Source: a virus
Taxonomy: Duplodnaviria > Caudoviricetes
DNA length: 64,000 nt
IMG/VR virus record: IMGVR_UViG_3300031994_004484
Reading direction: 5' to 3' (one strand)
Shown here: positions 29,862 through 39,117 of the stretch, piece by piece
Position numbering within the stretch: the first letter of the stretch is position 1
Layout of the letters: each line of letters opens with the position of its first letter
The notes under the pieces: generated by a model
Databases searched by the model: none
What the model saw: the letters and a program-made list of their open reading frames with translations, nothing else
Told to the model about the DNA's origin: nothing
Position numbers and translations under genes: made by a program

Positions 29862-30184
29862 ACTTTAGCATCCTTATTATAGAACGGATTATCCATGATA
29901 GAGTCTATTGTTTTTTGGGCTTCCTCGCATATCTTCTTGAAGTTTGAAATTTCATCCGAAGACAATGTAAACCATTCACCAACTTCCCTTTCCAAACCGA
30001 ATTTGAAATGGAGGAACTTTTCGAGTTTGAAAGGCGTGTTTGTTCGGAAATGAGAAACAATGTGGAGTTCGGTTCCATTGCCCGTCTGAAGGCTCTTTAA
30101 CCTTTTCTCTATTGAACCCGTTGTAACACCTATCTTGTAGTAGTCGTTTTTTGGATCGCAAATCAAATAAACATATCCTCCCAT
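29858..30184 (-). CDS. GIY-YIG (T5orf172/MUG113-like) nuclease
   Basis: GYVYLI, YKIGVT, RLKSLQTGN, GEWF. Confidence 0.85.
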   Translation of the reverse strand: MGGYVYLICDPKNDYYKIGVTTGSIEKRLKSLQTGNGTELHIVSHFRTNTPFKLEKFLHFKFGLEREVGEWFTLSSDEISNFKKICEEAQKTIDSIMDNPFYNKDAKV

Positions 30185-30243
30185 CGTAGTATAAATAAGT
30201 TTTCAAACAAATATAGCCGTTAACCGTCAAAAATAACAATAAA

Positions 30244-30438
30244 ATGGAATACAAGAAAATTTGCCCAACACATCATCTGAGATACTCTGGAGAAAGATGC
30301 CCTTATTGCGAAAAGGAACGCATAGACAAAATGGTCAGGAAATATCTTCCGAATAAGGAGGAAGAACAAATTGAAGATGAACCCGACTTTTCAATATTAG
30401 CCGAGAAATTTAGAATTGGAAAACTTAACAAAGAGTAA
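30244..30438 (+). CDS. Small Zn-finger-like protein
   Basis: CPTH...CPYC. Confidence 0.6.
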   Translation: MEYKKICPTHHLRYSGERCPYCEKERIDKMVRKYLPNKEEEQIEDEPDFSILAEKFRIGKLNKE

Positions 30439-30440
30439 TA

Positions 30441-31295
30441 GTGATTTTGGAAAATGAAAAATATATAAAATCACCGTTGAATTATACCGGAGGTAAACAT
30501 AGGCTGTTACCACAAATATTGCCTTTGTTTCCCAATGGTATTTCATCTTTTGTGGATTTGTTCACGGGAGGCGCAAATGTTGCGGTAAACACAAACGCTG
30601 AAAGAATAATAGCCAACGATATATGTAAACCGGTTATTGACATCTACATGGCAATGCAAAGCGTTGGTATAGAAACTCTTTTGCAAGAGATAAAAGAAAG
30701 AATTGTCAATAATAATCTAACAGTATCTAATAAAGAGGCATACTTAAACTTTCGTGGAAAATATAACGAATCCTCAGGCAAGAATCCTTTGGATTTGTTT
30801 ATACTGATATGTCATGGTTTTAACAATCAGATAAGATTTAATAAAAAAGGCTTGTTTAATATGCCGTTTGGAAAACGGACTTTCAATGAATCAACAGAGA
30901 AAAACTTAATAGACTTTCATCATGCAATAAAAGACATTTCATTCTCAAATGTGGATTTCAGGGATTTTAATATAGATTCTTTAACAAAAGAAGATTTGGT
31001 GTACTGTGACCCACCGTATCTGATAACATGTGCAACATATAATGGGCAAGGGGGATGGACTGATGCCGATGATAAGGATTTGATGGTGTTTCTTGACGGG
31101 TTGAATGAAATAGGGATAAGATTTGCACTATCAAATGTACTGAAGAACAAAGGAAAAGAAAACGCGGGACTAATAGAATGGTCTGAGAAATATAATGTAT
31201 ATCATTTGAGCAATACCTATTCGAATTGCAGCTATCATGCAAAGGACAGAAGCAAAACAACAACGGACGAGGTGTTGATAACAAACTATTTATAG
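30441..31295 (+). CDS. DNA adenine methyltransferase (Dam/D12 class)
   Basis: SPLNYTGGK, FVDLFTGG, YCDPPY, EVLITNY. Confidence 0.92.
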   Translation: MILENEKYIKSPLNYTGGKHRLLPQILPLFPNGISSFVDLFTGGANVAVNTNAERIIANDICKPVIDIYMAMQSVGIETLLQEIKERIVNNNLTVSNKEAYLNFRGKYNESSGKNPLDLFILICHGFNNQIRFNKKGLFNMPFGKRTFNESTEKNLIDFHHAIKDISFSNVDFRDFNIDSLTKEDLVYCDPPYLITCATYNGQGGWTDADDKDLMVFLDGLNEIGIRFALSNVLKNKGKENAGLIEWSEKYNVYHLSNTYSNCSYHAKDRSKTTTDEVLITNYL

Positions 31296-31312
31296 GAAAA
31301 ATCAAAAAAAAA

Positions 31313-32068
31313 ATGAAAAAGAAGATATTGGTTACCGAAAAGGAATTGGTAAACACAATCAAGGATTGTATAAATGAAATAAGCATAAACGCCAAGAAGA
31401 GGAATATAAAGGATGTTAGAAATGCGTTTGAAAAAGGGAAAGGCGGTTGGAATACAATAAAGACATTTGCGGTTTTCACTGCGGAAAACCCAGATTCACA
31501 GCAAACTGAAAAACCGTTAAATAGGAAGTTGAACAAATCCCTAATTTCCGACTTAAAAACAGGTGGTTATAATGTCATACCGGCCAAAGGAAAATTCGGA
31601 AACGTGGAGCATCCGTTTATGGTTTTGAACATATCTTTGGATGCATGCAAATATTTTTGCGGAAAGTACCAACAGACCTCATTTGTGTATCATATTTTGG
31701 AGAACGGTAAGGTTATCTCCCAATATTGGGAAAAAGCTGACACTGAAGAGCCGTATGACAAAAATACAAATGACTACATTAAAAAAGACGAGGATGAGAA
31801 GTACGTTGACGAAGCCGAATCCGATGATATGTACACATCAATCGGTGGGAATATCGGAAAAGAATTCAAGTATTCCATTCCTTTCTCAATATTCAACGAG
31901 GAGAATGAAAGAATTAACAACAACCTTGATTTGATATTGGAGAAAAGAAAAAAAATAGGTTCTATTGATAGCAGGGAAAAACTTTTGGAATATGCGTTTT
32001 CCCTTGGTGATAGACCGGCAGGAAACGGAATGTACAGACTTGCCTTGAGAAAGGCCATAAACAGGTAA
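31313..32068 (+). CDS. DUF3293-like protein with virion-type leader (start reassigned to 31313)
   Basis: FTAENP...N..L...L...GKFG..E......GKYQQ; TATTTAT upstream. Confidence 0.6.
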   Translation: MKKKILVTEKELVNTIKDCINEISINAKKRNIKDVRNAFEKGKGGWNTIKTFAVFTAENPDSQQTEKPLNRKLNKSLISDLKTGGYNVIPAKGKFGNVEHPFMVLNISLDACKYFCGKYQQTSFVYHILENGKVISQYWEKADTEEPYDKNTNDYIKKDEDEKYVDEAESDDMYTSIGGNIGKEFKYSIPFSIFNEENERINNNLDLILEKRKKIGSIDSREKLLEYAFSLGDRPAGNGMYRLALRKAINR

Positions 32069-32082
32069 GAAACAGTGCAATT

Positions 32083-32775
32083 ATGAGTCAAAAAATACAA
32101 ATTAACGAAAACGAATTGCGTTCCATTATAAAGGAAAGCATTGCAAGTGTTATAAAGCACAACAAAAGGAGTGTGTCGGTGAACGAAGTCAAATATTTCC
32201 ATCCCAACGGAAGGAAGATGCCAAACGGTAGTCATTACACAAGGGGAGGTTTTCTACATGAATGTTATGTTAACGAAAACTCTTTTCATTTGGATGAAGG
32301 TGTTCATCCCGAACAATACGGTTTGGCGAAATATCGTGGCGGAATGATTGTGTTCTCCACAGATATAAACGCCATAGAACTTGACCCAAGGCCTGTTATA
32401 AACAAAATAAAGCAGGTTGCCGAGACGTTCAAGCAAAGGTTATCAAAGGGAAAAAAGATACATCAGACCATTTTCAAACACAATCAGGAGAATGAAGAGT
32501 TCATAGGTGCATATTCAGTCGGAAGGTTCTTCCACGGAAGATATATAAGCGACAGCGGGCAGAAGTTCGACGAGAAAAGCATATGCCTTGAGATTAACGG
32601 AATATCCTCAAAGACTTTATTGAAAATGGCCGAAATGATTTGTGTCGAGTTCAAACAGGAAACTGTTTTGGTTAAAGACCTTAACAACAACAAGATATAC
32701 ACGGCTGACGCGAACCCTATCCCTGATGACTCCTCTTTCGAGAAGGAAATGGAGAGAATAAACACCGAGGTTTAA
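32083..32775 (+). CDS. Hypothetical protein with virion-type leader
   Basis: KIQINENELRSIIKESI N-terminus. Confidence 0.7.
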   Translation: MSQKIQINENELRSIIKESIASVIKHNKRSVSVNEVKYFHPNGRKMPNGSHYTRGGFLHECYVNENSFHLDEGVHPEQYGLAKYRGGMIVFSTDINAIELDPRPVINKIKQVAETFKQRLSKGKKIHQTIFKHNQENEEFIGAYSVGRFFHGRYISDSGQKFDEKSICLEINGISSKTLLKMAEMICVEFKQETVLVKDLNNNKIYTADANPIPDDSSFEKEMERINTEV

Positions 32776-32781
32776 ATCCAA

Positions 32782-33408
32782 ATGGTCAGCATAGAGAAAA
32801 TAAGGTTCATAAACAATTACAATCCGTTAAAGGGAGGCACTCTTAACGAATCTGAAATACAAAGGCAACCTCTTATGTTGTATAACGGACTTGTTGTTTT
32901 GCGTCATGACTCAAACGAAAAGATAATCAACGGACTTGTCAACAGCGGTGGAAGAAACAAAAATTCATATTCCTCAAACACAGACGCGGACAATTACTTT
33001 TGGGCATCCGAAAAAATAGGTAGGGACAATTCAAACTACGGACGATACCATTATTATGCCTTTGTCCGGCCAGAACTTATATATGATATGGATGAAAACT
33101 CCAAACAATACAAATCCGTTAAAGAAGCTGTTGATAACGAACAATATGTCTCAAGGTCATGGCATGATGGAGCCGTTGTGGTTGTATCGAACAAACCTAC
33201 GCCCATACAATATATAAAGTCAGACGGGGATGGTGCCACAATAGGCGGTGTTTTTGACGCAAAATGGAAACTGATAAAAAGCGGTGTTAGATATCCTGAA
33301 AACCAAAGGAAAAACAAGGAAATAGCGAAGAAAATAAAACCGGAATACAGAGATATTGAAGTCCCCGATTTCCTTGGCGGATATTCGTTTTCAGATTTAA
33401 TACAATAG
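32782..33408 (+). CDS. Hypothetical protein
   Basis: 208-aa ORF in operon. Confidence 0.7.
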   Translation: MVSIEKIRFINNYNPLKGGTLNESEIQRQPLMLYNGLVVLRHDSNEKIINGLVNSGGRNKNSYSSNTDADNYFWASEKIGRDNSNYGRYHYYAFVRPELIYDMDENSKQYKSVKEAVDNEQYVSRSWHDGAVVVVSNKPTPIQYIKSDGDGATIGGVFDAKWKLIKSGVRYPENQRKNKEIAKKIKPEYRDIEVPDFLGGYSFSDLIQ

Positions 33409-33418
33409 AAGAAAAGAA

Positions 33419-33474
33419 TTAACTTTTTTTAAGAATAATAGTTTGTCTTTTCTGATTCAGATGCAGTACATTTG
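33419..33474 (+). promoter_or_regulatory. Promoter cassette copy upstream of metK (lacks the 3' GTTAA)
   Basis: TTAAC-TTTTT-TTAAG, TACATTTG at +48. Confidence 0.6.
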
Positions 33475-33508
33475 TTTCAGAAAAGATTTTTTTAATGCAA
33501 AATAAAAA

Positions 33509-34699
33509 ATGCAAGTTATGTGTAAGAGAACAATTGTAAGTGAAAGTGTTACCAACGGTCATCCCGACAAGATTGCCGATTGGATTGCTGATTCTATCCT
33601 TGAAGAATACAGCAGAAAGGACAGAAAAGTCAGAGCAGGAATTGAAGTCATGGTAAAGGACAACGTGGTTGTTTTGGGTGGTGAGATAAACTCCAACGCC
33701 ATTGTTGATTACGACACTATTGTAAGGGACGTCTTCAGAAAACTGTCGTTCCCTGCAAGCCATCATCTTGAACCCGAAAATATCAAGATTGTGAACCTTA
33801 TAGGAAAACAATCTGAGGAGATACACAGCGGTGTTGACAAGAGCGACGACGTAATTGGAGCCGGTGACCAAGGTTTTGTCTGCGGTTTTGCGACAAACGA
33901 GACTCCCGCATATCTTGGTTTGGGCCACTATATTTCAAAGAAGATTTGTAGATACATAGAAAAAGAGGAAGGATTAGGCCCTGATGCAAAGTCACAAGTT
34001 GTTGTTGAATATGATGACGAAGGAAACGCCGAGATAAAGTCTGTACTTATTTCAACAATGCACAACGGTATTTTCGACGATTTGGAGGAGACAAGACAAT
34101 ATGTTTCGTCAGCGTTTTATAACAATCTTATGAATATTGACGCTGATATTTTTGAGAAATACATAAATGGCAAGAAGGTTCCACTCACAGTGAATCCTTG
34201 CGGAGCATGGCATATAGGCGGTCCTGTTTCCGACTGCGGTGTAACAGGTAGGAAAATCGTGGTTGACCAATTCGGTGGTTATTCCAAGGTTGGAGGAGGT
34301 GCTTTGAACGGAAAGGAAATGACAAAGGTTGACAGGTCAGGAGCATATATGGCAAGGTATCTTGCAAAGAATATTGTCGCTTCAGGAATTTCAAACACTG
34401 CAAAGGTTGAATTGTCCTATATGATTGGAGTACCAGAACCATCATCGGTTTATGTTTCGCTTGGGGACAACTGCGAATTGCAGGATGCTGTCATCGACAT
34501 CATCAAAAACAATGTGGACTTAACTCCGGCCGGAATCATCAAACGTTTCGGTTATTGTGAGGACAGGTATGAGGCAATCGGCAGATTCGGCCATTATGGT
34601 GTTGTCGAATCGGACTGCAATTCTCTTGCAAGATGCTACGAACTCTATCCTTGGGAAAAAACCGATATCAAAAAACTTTTTTCAAAACTTAAAAGATAA
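33509..34699 (+). CDS. metK: S-adenosylmethionine synthetase
   Basis: SESVTNGHPDK, GAGDQG, GVTGRKIVVD, GGGALNGKE.TKVDRS. Confidence 0.96.
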   Translation: MQVMCKRTIVSESVTNGHPDKIADWIADSILEEYSRKDRKVRAGIEVMVKDNVVVLGGEINSNAIVDYDTIVRDVFRKLSFPASHHLEPENIKIVNLIGKQSEEIHSGVDKSDDVIGAGDQGFVCGFATNETPAYLGLGHYISKKICRYIEKEEGLGPDAKSQVVVEYDDEGNAEIKSVLISTMHNGIFDDLEETRQYVSSAFYNNLMNIDADIFEKYINGKKVPLTVNPCGAWHIGGPVSDCGVTGRKIVVDQFGGYSKVGGGALNGKEMTKVDRSGAYMARYLAKNIVASGISNTAKVELSYMIGVPEPSSVYVSLGDNCELQDAVIDIIKNNVDLTPAGIIKRFGYCEDRYEAIGRFGHYGVVESDCNSLARCYELYPWEKTDIKKLFSKLKR

Positions 34700-34708
34700 G
34701 GGAAAACT

Positions 34709-34918
34709 ATGGAAGAACGTGAATTTTATACTACAGCGGCCCTGTACGCAATGCAGGGAATACAGGAAAGCGGATACAGAATAGAGGGTGCGTTGGCAAC
34801 ACTTCTGCCGAACAAGTTAGCCTCACTATCATTTGATATTGCAGATGAAATGCTATCTGAATACAGGAAGAGGATGGAAAACTTCCAAACAACGGAAAAG
34901 AAGAAACTTAACGATTAG
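34709..34918 (+). CDS. Hypothetical protein
   Basis: REFY..A..AMQG...SFDIADEML motif, seen in small phage proteins. Confidence 0.65.
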   Translation: MEEREFYTTAALYAMQGIQESGYRIEGALATLLPNKLASLSFDIADEMLSEYRKRMENFQTTEKKKLND

Positions 34919-34946
34919 AAAAATAACATTAAAAAAAACATTAAAG

Positions 34947-35159
34947 ATGAATTATCCGTATTTAGGTATCAAGACTGTGGAAGACAGGAAGAACATTGTC
35001 TTTTTCACGGGAGAGAACAAAGGTGTTGTCGTTTATGATGAAACGCATAAAGGCGGAATGGAGTTCGGAAGGAACGCCGCTTTCGACGAGGACGAATACG
35101 ATTTCCTGTCTGACAAGGACGACAATGGCAATGAAATTTTTGTAAGATTATCAAATTAA
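34947..35159 (+). CDS. Hypothetical protein (start reassigned to 34947)
   Basis: A-rich context before MNYPYLG. Confidence 0.6.
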   Translation: MNYPYLGIKTVEDRKNIVFFTGENKGVVVYDETHKGGMEFGRNAAFDEDEYDFLSDKDDNGNEIFVRLSN

Positions 35160-35170
35160 AACAAAGAAAG

Positions 35171-35470
35171 ATGAAATTAGAGGAATACAATAATTTGATT
35201 TCGCAGGACGGTATTGTTATCGTAAAATTTTCAGCGGAGTGGTGTTCTCCATGCAAATCGTTGGAAAAGGTTCTTGATAAGATTTCCGAAAAAGAGCCTG
35301 ACATTAAGCTTATCAAGCTTGACGTTGAGGAAGAGCCCGAGCTTTGCGAGAATTTCGGAATAAGGAACGTTCCCGTTCTAATGTATTACAAGGACGGAGA
35401 ACCTAAGGATATGACGGTTGGAATGCTTCCAGAACAGACTATTATTGACAAAATCAACGCTATAAGGTAA
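35171..35470 (+). CDS. trxA: Thioredoxin
   Basis: FSAEWCSPCK, GIRNVP. Confidence 0.92.
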   Translation: MKLEEYNNLISQDGIVIVKFSAEWCSPCKSLEKVLDKISEKEPDIKLIKLDVEEEPELCENFGIRNVPVLMYYKDGEPKDMTVGMLPEQTIIDKINAIR

Positions 35471-36222
35471 TGGAGAGGGACGAACTTAACAACAGCAATG
35501 TCATAAAGAACATTAGCACGGACCAATCCGAGATATTGCAATGGGTCATGGACATGCATAACAACGGCGAACCGTTCGAGTGCGACATAACCGCTTCTGA
35601 GTTGAAGTTCTACGGAAAACGTCCCGGTTGCAAGTATTCCATACCTGAACCGAAAATCCTTATGGATGTGTATCCGATGAGGGGTGACATTATAAAGATT
35701 GTCCCTTTCGAAAAATTGCCTTTGGATGATGAAGGCGTTTCGTCAATTGTGGTTGACCTACCGTTTGTATGTTCGCCTCATACGTGCAAGTCCGTTGTAG
35801 AAAAGAAAGAGGGGGCGAACCTTATATCAAACCGCTTTTCGAGTTGGTATCCCATGCAGGAGGGTTATGAGAACATATATTGGTGGATTAACGAATGCAG
35901 CAGGGTCTTGAAGCCCGACGGGATAATATTATGGAAAATGCAAAATTCAGTATCGGGCGGATTACAACATCTTTTGAGTGAGTTTTCTGCATTATGCGCC
36001 GATGATTGTGGTTTATACATACATGACCAATTTTTCGTGATGGCGAAGGCAAGACTCATATCCGCCTCAAAGATAAAAAAGCAGGCTCATGCGAGAAAAT
36101 ACACAAGCACATTTTGGGTTTTCAGAAAAGACAACAAGAAGGCGATAAAGACGAGTTTGCTTAGAAAACTGAAGGAATGTAAGGAGAACGTACATGAAGG
36201 AAAAGTATGGCCGTTAAAATAA
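35470..36222 (+). CDS. Putative amino-(N6A/N4C) DNA methyltransferase
   Basis: LPL...SSIVVDLPF (DPPF-like), ECSRVLKPDGI, QAHARK. Confidence 0.7.
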   Translation: MERDELNNSNVIKNISTDQSEILQWVMDMHNNGEPFECDITASELKFYGKRPGCKYSIPEPKILMDVYPMRGDIIKIVPFEKLPLDDEGVSSIVVDLPFVCSPHTCKSVVEKKEGANLISNRFSSWYPMQEGYENIYWWINECSRVLKPDGIILWKMQNSVSGGLQHLLSEFSALCADDCGLYIHDQFFVMAKARLISASKIKKQAHARKYTSTFWVFRKDNKKAIKTSLLRKLKECKENVHEGKVWPLK

Positions 36223-36241
36223 TATTAAAACATAATCAAGA

Positions 36242-36730
36242 ATGAAAAGAACAGTTAGAAAAAAAACGTTTGAAACAAACAGTTCAAGCACCCACACAAT
36301 TTCAATATCAAGAAACTTTGATTCAACCGAATACCAATTCCCAAAAACACTTGTATTTCAAGGAGGTGAATTCGGTTGGGAAGTTGAAATTTACGATGAT
36401 GTTGAGTCTCGTTGCAGATACCTTTACACTGCAATGTGCTCGCTTTATGAAGGTAACGAATTGGAAGAAAAGAAAAAGTATATAGAAAACGCGCTTCAGA
36501 AACACGGTACGGTCGCCGCATTTGCCAAATTTGAATATTATGACGATGGTTATATTGACCATTCGGAAGAATTATGGGATTTTGTTGGTTACGTCTTTGA
36601 AAATGAAAACAACCTTTTGAACTATTTGTTTGGAGACACCTTAATTTATACATCCAACGACAATATGGATATGGATGATAAGCCGGAAATCCGAAACGGG
36701 GATTACGAAGAAATATACAAAGGAAATTAG
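36242..36730 (+). CDS. Hypothetical protein, FETNSSS family
   Basis: VR..TFETNSSSTH motif. Confidence 0.75.
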   Translation: MKRTVRKKTFETNSSSTHTISISRNFDSTEYQFPKTLVFQGGEFGWEVEIYDDVESRCRYLYTAMCSLYEGNELEEKKKYIENALQKHGTVAAFAKFEYYDDGYIDHSEELWDFVGYVFENENNLLNYLFGDTLIYTSNDNMDMDDKPEIRNGDYEEIYKGN

Positions 36731-36753
36731 TTAGAAAGAAATATCACGTTATC

Positions 36754-37368
36754 ATGAAAAAACAGGTTAGAATAGGAGTGTTTGAAACAAATTCTTCCTC
36801 TGAGCACTCGTTGGCCTTAATAAACCTTGATAAGTTCAGACAATGGAAAGAAGGCAAGTTAATGGCCCGTGTAGCACTTACACAGGAAGACAAGAATTGT
36901 TGGGGAAATTTTTGGAGTGAGATGTTGTCGCTTGAATTTACGGATGACTTTGAGAAAGCCAAGAGCGACAACAAAGAACGGTTTAATGATGTTGTAGGCG
37001 AACGTTTTGCAAAAAATGAAGAATACAAGAATAGGTGTCTATCTTATACACCTAAAATCCAAAAAGAACTTACAACCGACGAATTGAGACAGCTTCCATA
37101 TGAAGAGTATGACAGATATTTAGACGATCAGTACATGGACTCAATGCACAGGTTCGACGAATCATATTATAATGAGGAAAAAACATTGTTAGAAAATATG
37201 AAACCCGAAGACTTTGATGAGCATTTCGGAATGGTTGAAAGCGGTATGTGGTGCACATTCCAAGAGTTTTGGGATAGTTGGATTAAAAATAACGATTGCT
37301 ACTCACCGTTTGAACATGACGACATCATAAACAATGTGCATATAATTGGAAAATATTATCATAGTTAA
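36754..37368 (+). CDS. Hypothetical protein, FETNSSS family
   Basis: VR.GVFETNSSSEH motif. Confidence 0.75.
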   Translation: MKKQVRIGVFETNSSSEHSLALINLDKFRQWKEGKLMARVALTQEDKNCWGNFWSEMLSLEFTDDFEKAKSDNKERFNDVVGERFAKNEEYKNRCLSYTPKIQKELTTDELRQLPYEEYDRYLDDQYMDSMHRFDESYYNEEKTLLENMKPEDFDEHFGMVESGMWCTFQEFWDSWIKNNDCYSPFEHDDIINNVHIIGKYYHS

Positions 37369-37384
37369 AAAAAAAAATATTAAA

Positions 37385-37603
37385 ATGAACGGATACAGAA
37401 GATATAAGTTGATTCAGGACTACACTTGTCCTGACGGCACCTTGAGAGCAGGCGACCAAATAGATGTGATAGGTGACAGAATCTTTTTCAACGGAGGAAT
37501 GATAGAACCGCAATATTACGGAATCATAAGAGAGCTTATAACTAATAACGAGCTTAGTAATAAGTATATTAGGGAAGTTGCCGTACCATATAATAAAATT
37601 TAA
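37385..37603 (+). CDS. Hypothetical protein (start reassigned to 37385)
   Basis: A-rich start context. Confidence 0.6.
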   Translation: MNGYRRYKLIQDYTCPDGTLRAGDQIDVIGDRIFFNGGMIEPQYYGIIRELITNNELSNKYIREVAVPYNKI

Positions 37604-37618
37604 AAAAAAAATAAAAAC

Positions 37619-37804
37619 ATGTTAACATACGAAGAGATTTTATGCGATTTGAAAAACCGTCCGAAAAGTGAGTTGGCCGGTTTTGCGGCTGATTTGTTGT
37701 TTGCGATTCAGAAGTTTCTTGAAGATGTGAAAAATGATTCTGAGGACAAGAAACCCAAACACAGAAAACCAAAACACATGGATGAACTTCAAATAACCTG
37801 TTAA
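37619..37804 (+). CDS. Hypothetical protein
   Basis: 61-aa ORF, A-rich start. Confidence 0.55.
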   Translation: MLTYEEILCDLKNRPKSELAGFAADLLFAIQKFLEDVKNDSEDKKPKHRKPKHMDELQITC

Positions 37805-37815
37805 AACAAATTGTC

Positions 37816-38235
37816 ATGGGAGAAAACAAAGAAAAGAGAATCAAACTCAAAGCGGCTTTCATAAAAGCGGTTGACGCATACATGGACGAATGGTGTGCAA
37901 AGCACGGTTTTGAATACGGGTATGACGGTTGGGTTGCTGATGACACAGGAGGTATATGTATGGTCGGTGATTATTTTGTCAATTTTGATGATGCAAGGTA
38001 TGACATTGACAATGACCTACCCGAAACTATGTATTTCGACTGGTATGAATATGCGCTTGACATCTATGAAATTGAACCCGAGAAAAAGATTTCGTTGGAG
38101 GCATACGTTAGCGGGTACCGCCCATATACAGAAACACAGATTGGTATGGTAAAAGCCGGAAAAACAAGAATAAGGGAATTACAGAAAGAGTTGGATGAAC
38201 TTATCGAATCCTTCAAGAATAAAAATACAAATTAG
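37816..38235 (+). CDS. Hypothetical protein
   Basis: WVADDTGG...GDYF...D.RYDID motif. Confidence 0.7.
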   Translation: MGENKEKRIKLKAAFIKAVDAYMDEWCAKHGFEYGYDGWVADDTGGICMVGDYFVNFDDARYDIDNDLPETMYFDWYEYALDIYEIEPEKKISLEAYVSGYRPYTETQIGMVKAGKTRIRELQKELDELIESFKNKNTN

Positions 38236-38242
38236 CAGAATT

Positions 38243-39034
38243 ATGTCAAAAAGCGTAATAGGAAGATTATTGGTCATTGGTGACAATGCTGATGAAAAGG
38301 CTGAAAGATATTCAGGTGACAAGGAGGTCGAACCCTATATAAGATATCGTTTCGAAGACAGGGAAAAACTAAGGGATAACCATATAATGATGTTGGATAA
38401 AATGCTTTCACATCCGACAATAGAACTGTCAAACAGGCAGCGTGAGATTTTCAAGGACTTGTATGACGAGGCCATCGAATGTGACGCCGAGGAATTTTAC
38501 GAAAAAATAACGGAAGGTCTTGACATTGACGAAGAAACTGGAGATGCGTACTCTTCAATAAATCCCGAAGCGAAATACAAATACCAAACCTGTTATGACA
38601 AGCGTCTTAAAAGCACAGGTGAAGAAAGCATGTTCAGCAACCCGTTCAAGCTTAAAGATGAAACCCTTGCGTACATTGCAAAGAAAGGTGAGATAGATTG
38701 GCCTAAGAACCACATGTGTAACACTGACGTATACAAGGCGGCATGGGAAGTGTGCGTTGAGGACAGGGAACCTGTGAACGACACTGAAAAAACCATAAAG
38801 GAGAACATGTCTAAACGCTTGGATTATTTTGCCAATTTCAAGGATTCTGACGAATATGTAAAACACAGCTGTTGTTTTTGGACAAATTCCGTGATAACAG
38901 AAAACGGAGAATATCACGACATGAGTACCGACAAGGTTACGGACAAGAAATGGGTATCCGAATTCTACGACAGGTTTGTAAAACCTCTTGATGACAACGT
39001 AACACTTACATTGTACGAGTTTCATACGTTGTAA
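38243..39034 (+). CDS. Hypothetical protein (start reassigned to 38243)
   Basis: Long ORF with normal composition. Confidence 0.75.
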   Translation: MSKSVIGRLLVIGDNADEKAERYSGDKEVEPYIRYRFEDREKLRDNHIMMLDKMLSHPTIELSNRQREIFKDLYDEAIECDAEEFYEKITEGLDIDEETGDAYSSINPEAKYKYQTCYDKRLKSTGEESMFSNPFKLKDETLAYIAKKGEIDWPKNHMCNTDVYKAAWEVCVEDREPVNDTEKTIKENMSKRLDYFANFKDSDEYVKHSCCFWTNSVITENGEYHDMSTDKVTDKKWVSEFYDRFVKPLDDNVTLTLYEFHTL

Positions 39035-39037
39035 CTC

Positions 39038-39102
39038 TTAACATTTTTTAGGAAAAATCCTTCCTGTATAGGTTGGATTTTTTCTTATATTCGGCTTGTT
39101 AA
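39038..39102 (+). promoter_or_regulatory. 65-bp promoter cassette copy with internal hairpin
   Basis: TTAAC-ATTTT-TTAGG, AAAAATCC/GGATTTTT stem, TATATTCG at +48, GTTAA at +60. Confidence 0.75.
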
Positions 39103-39117
39103 TAAAAAACAAAAAAA

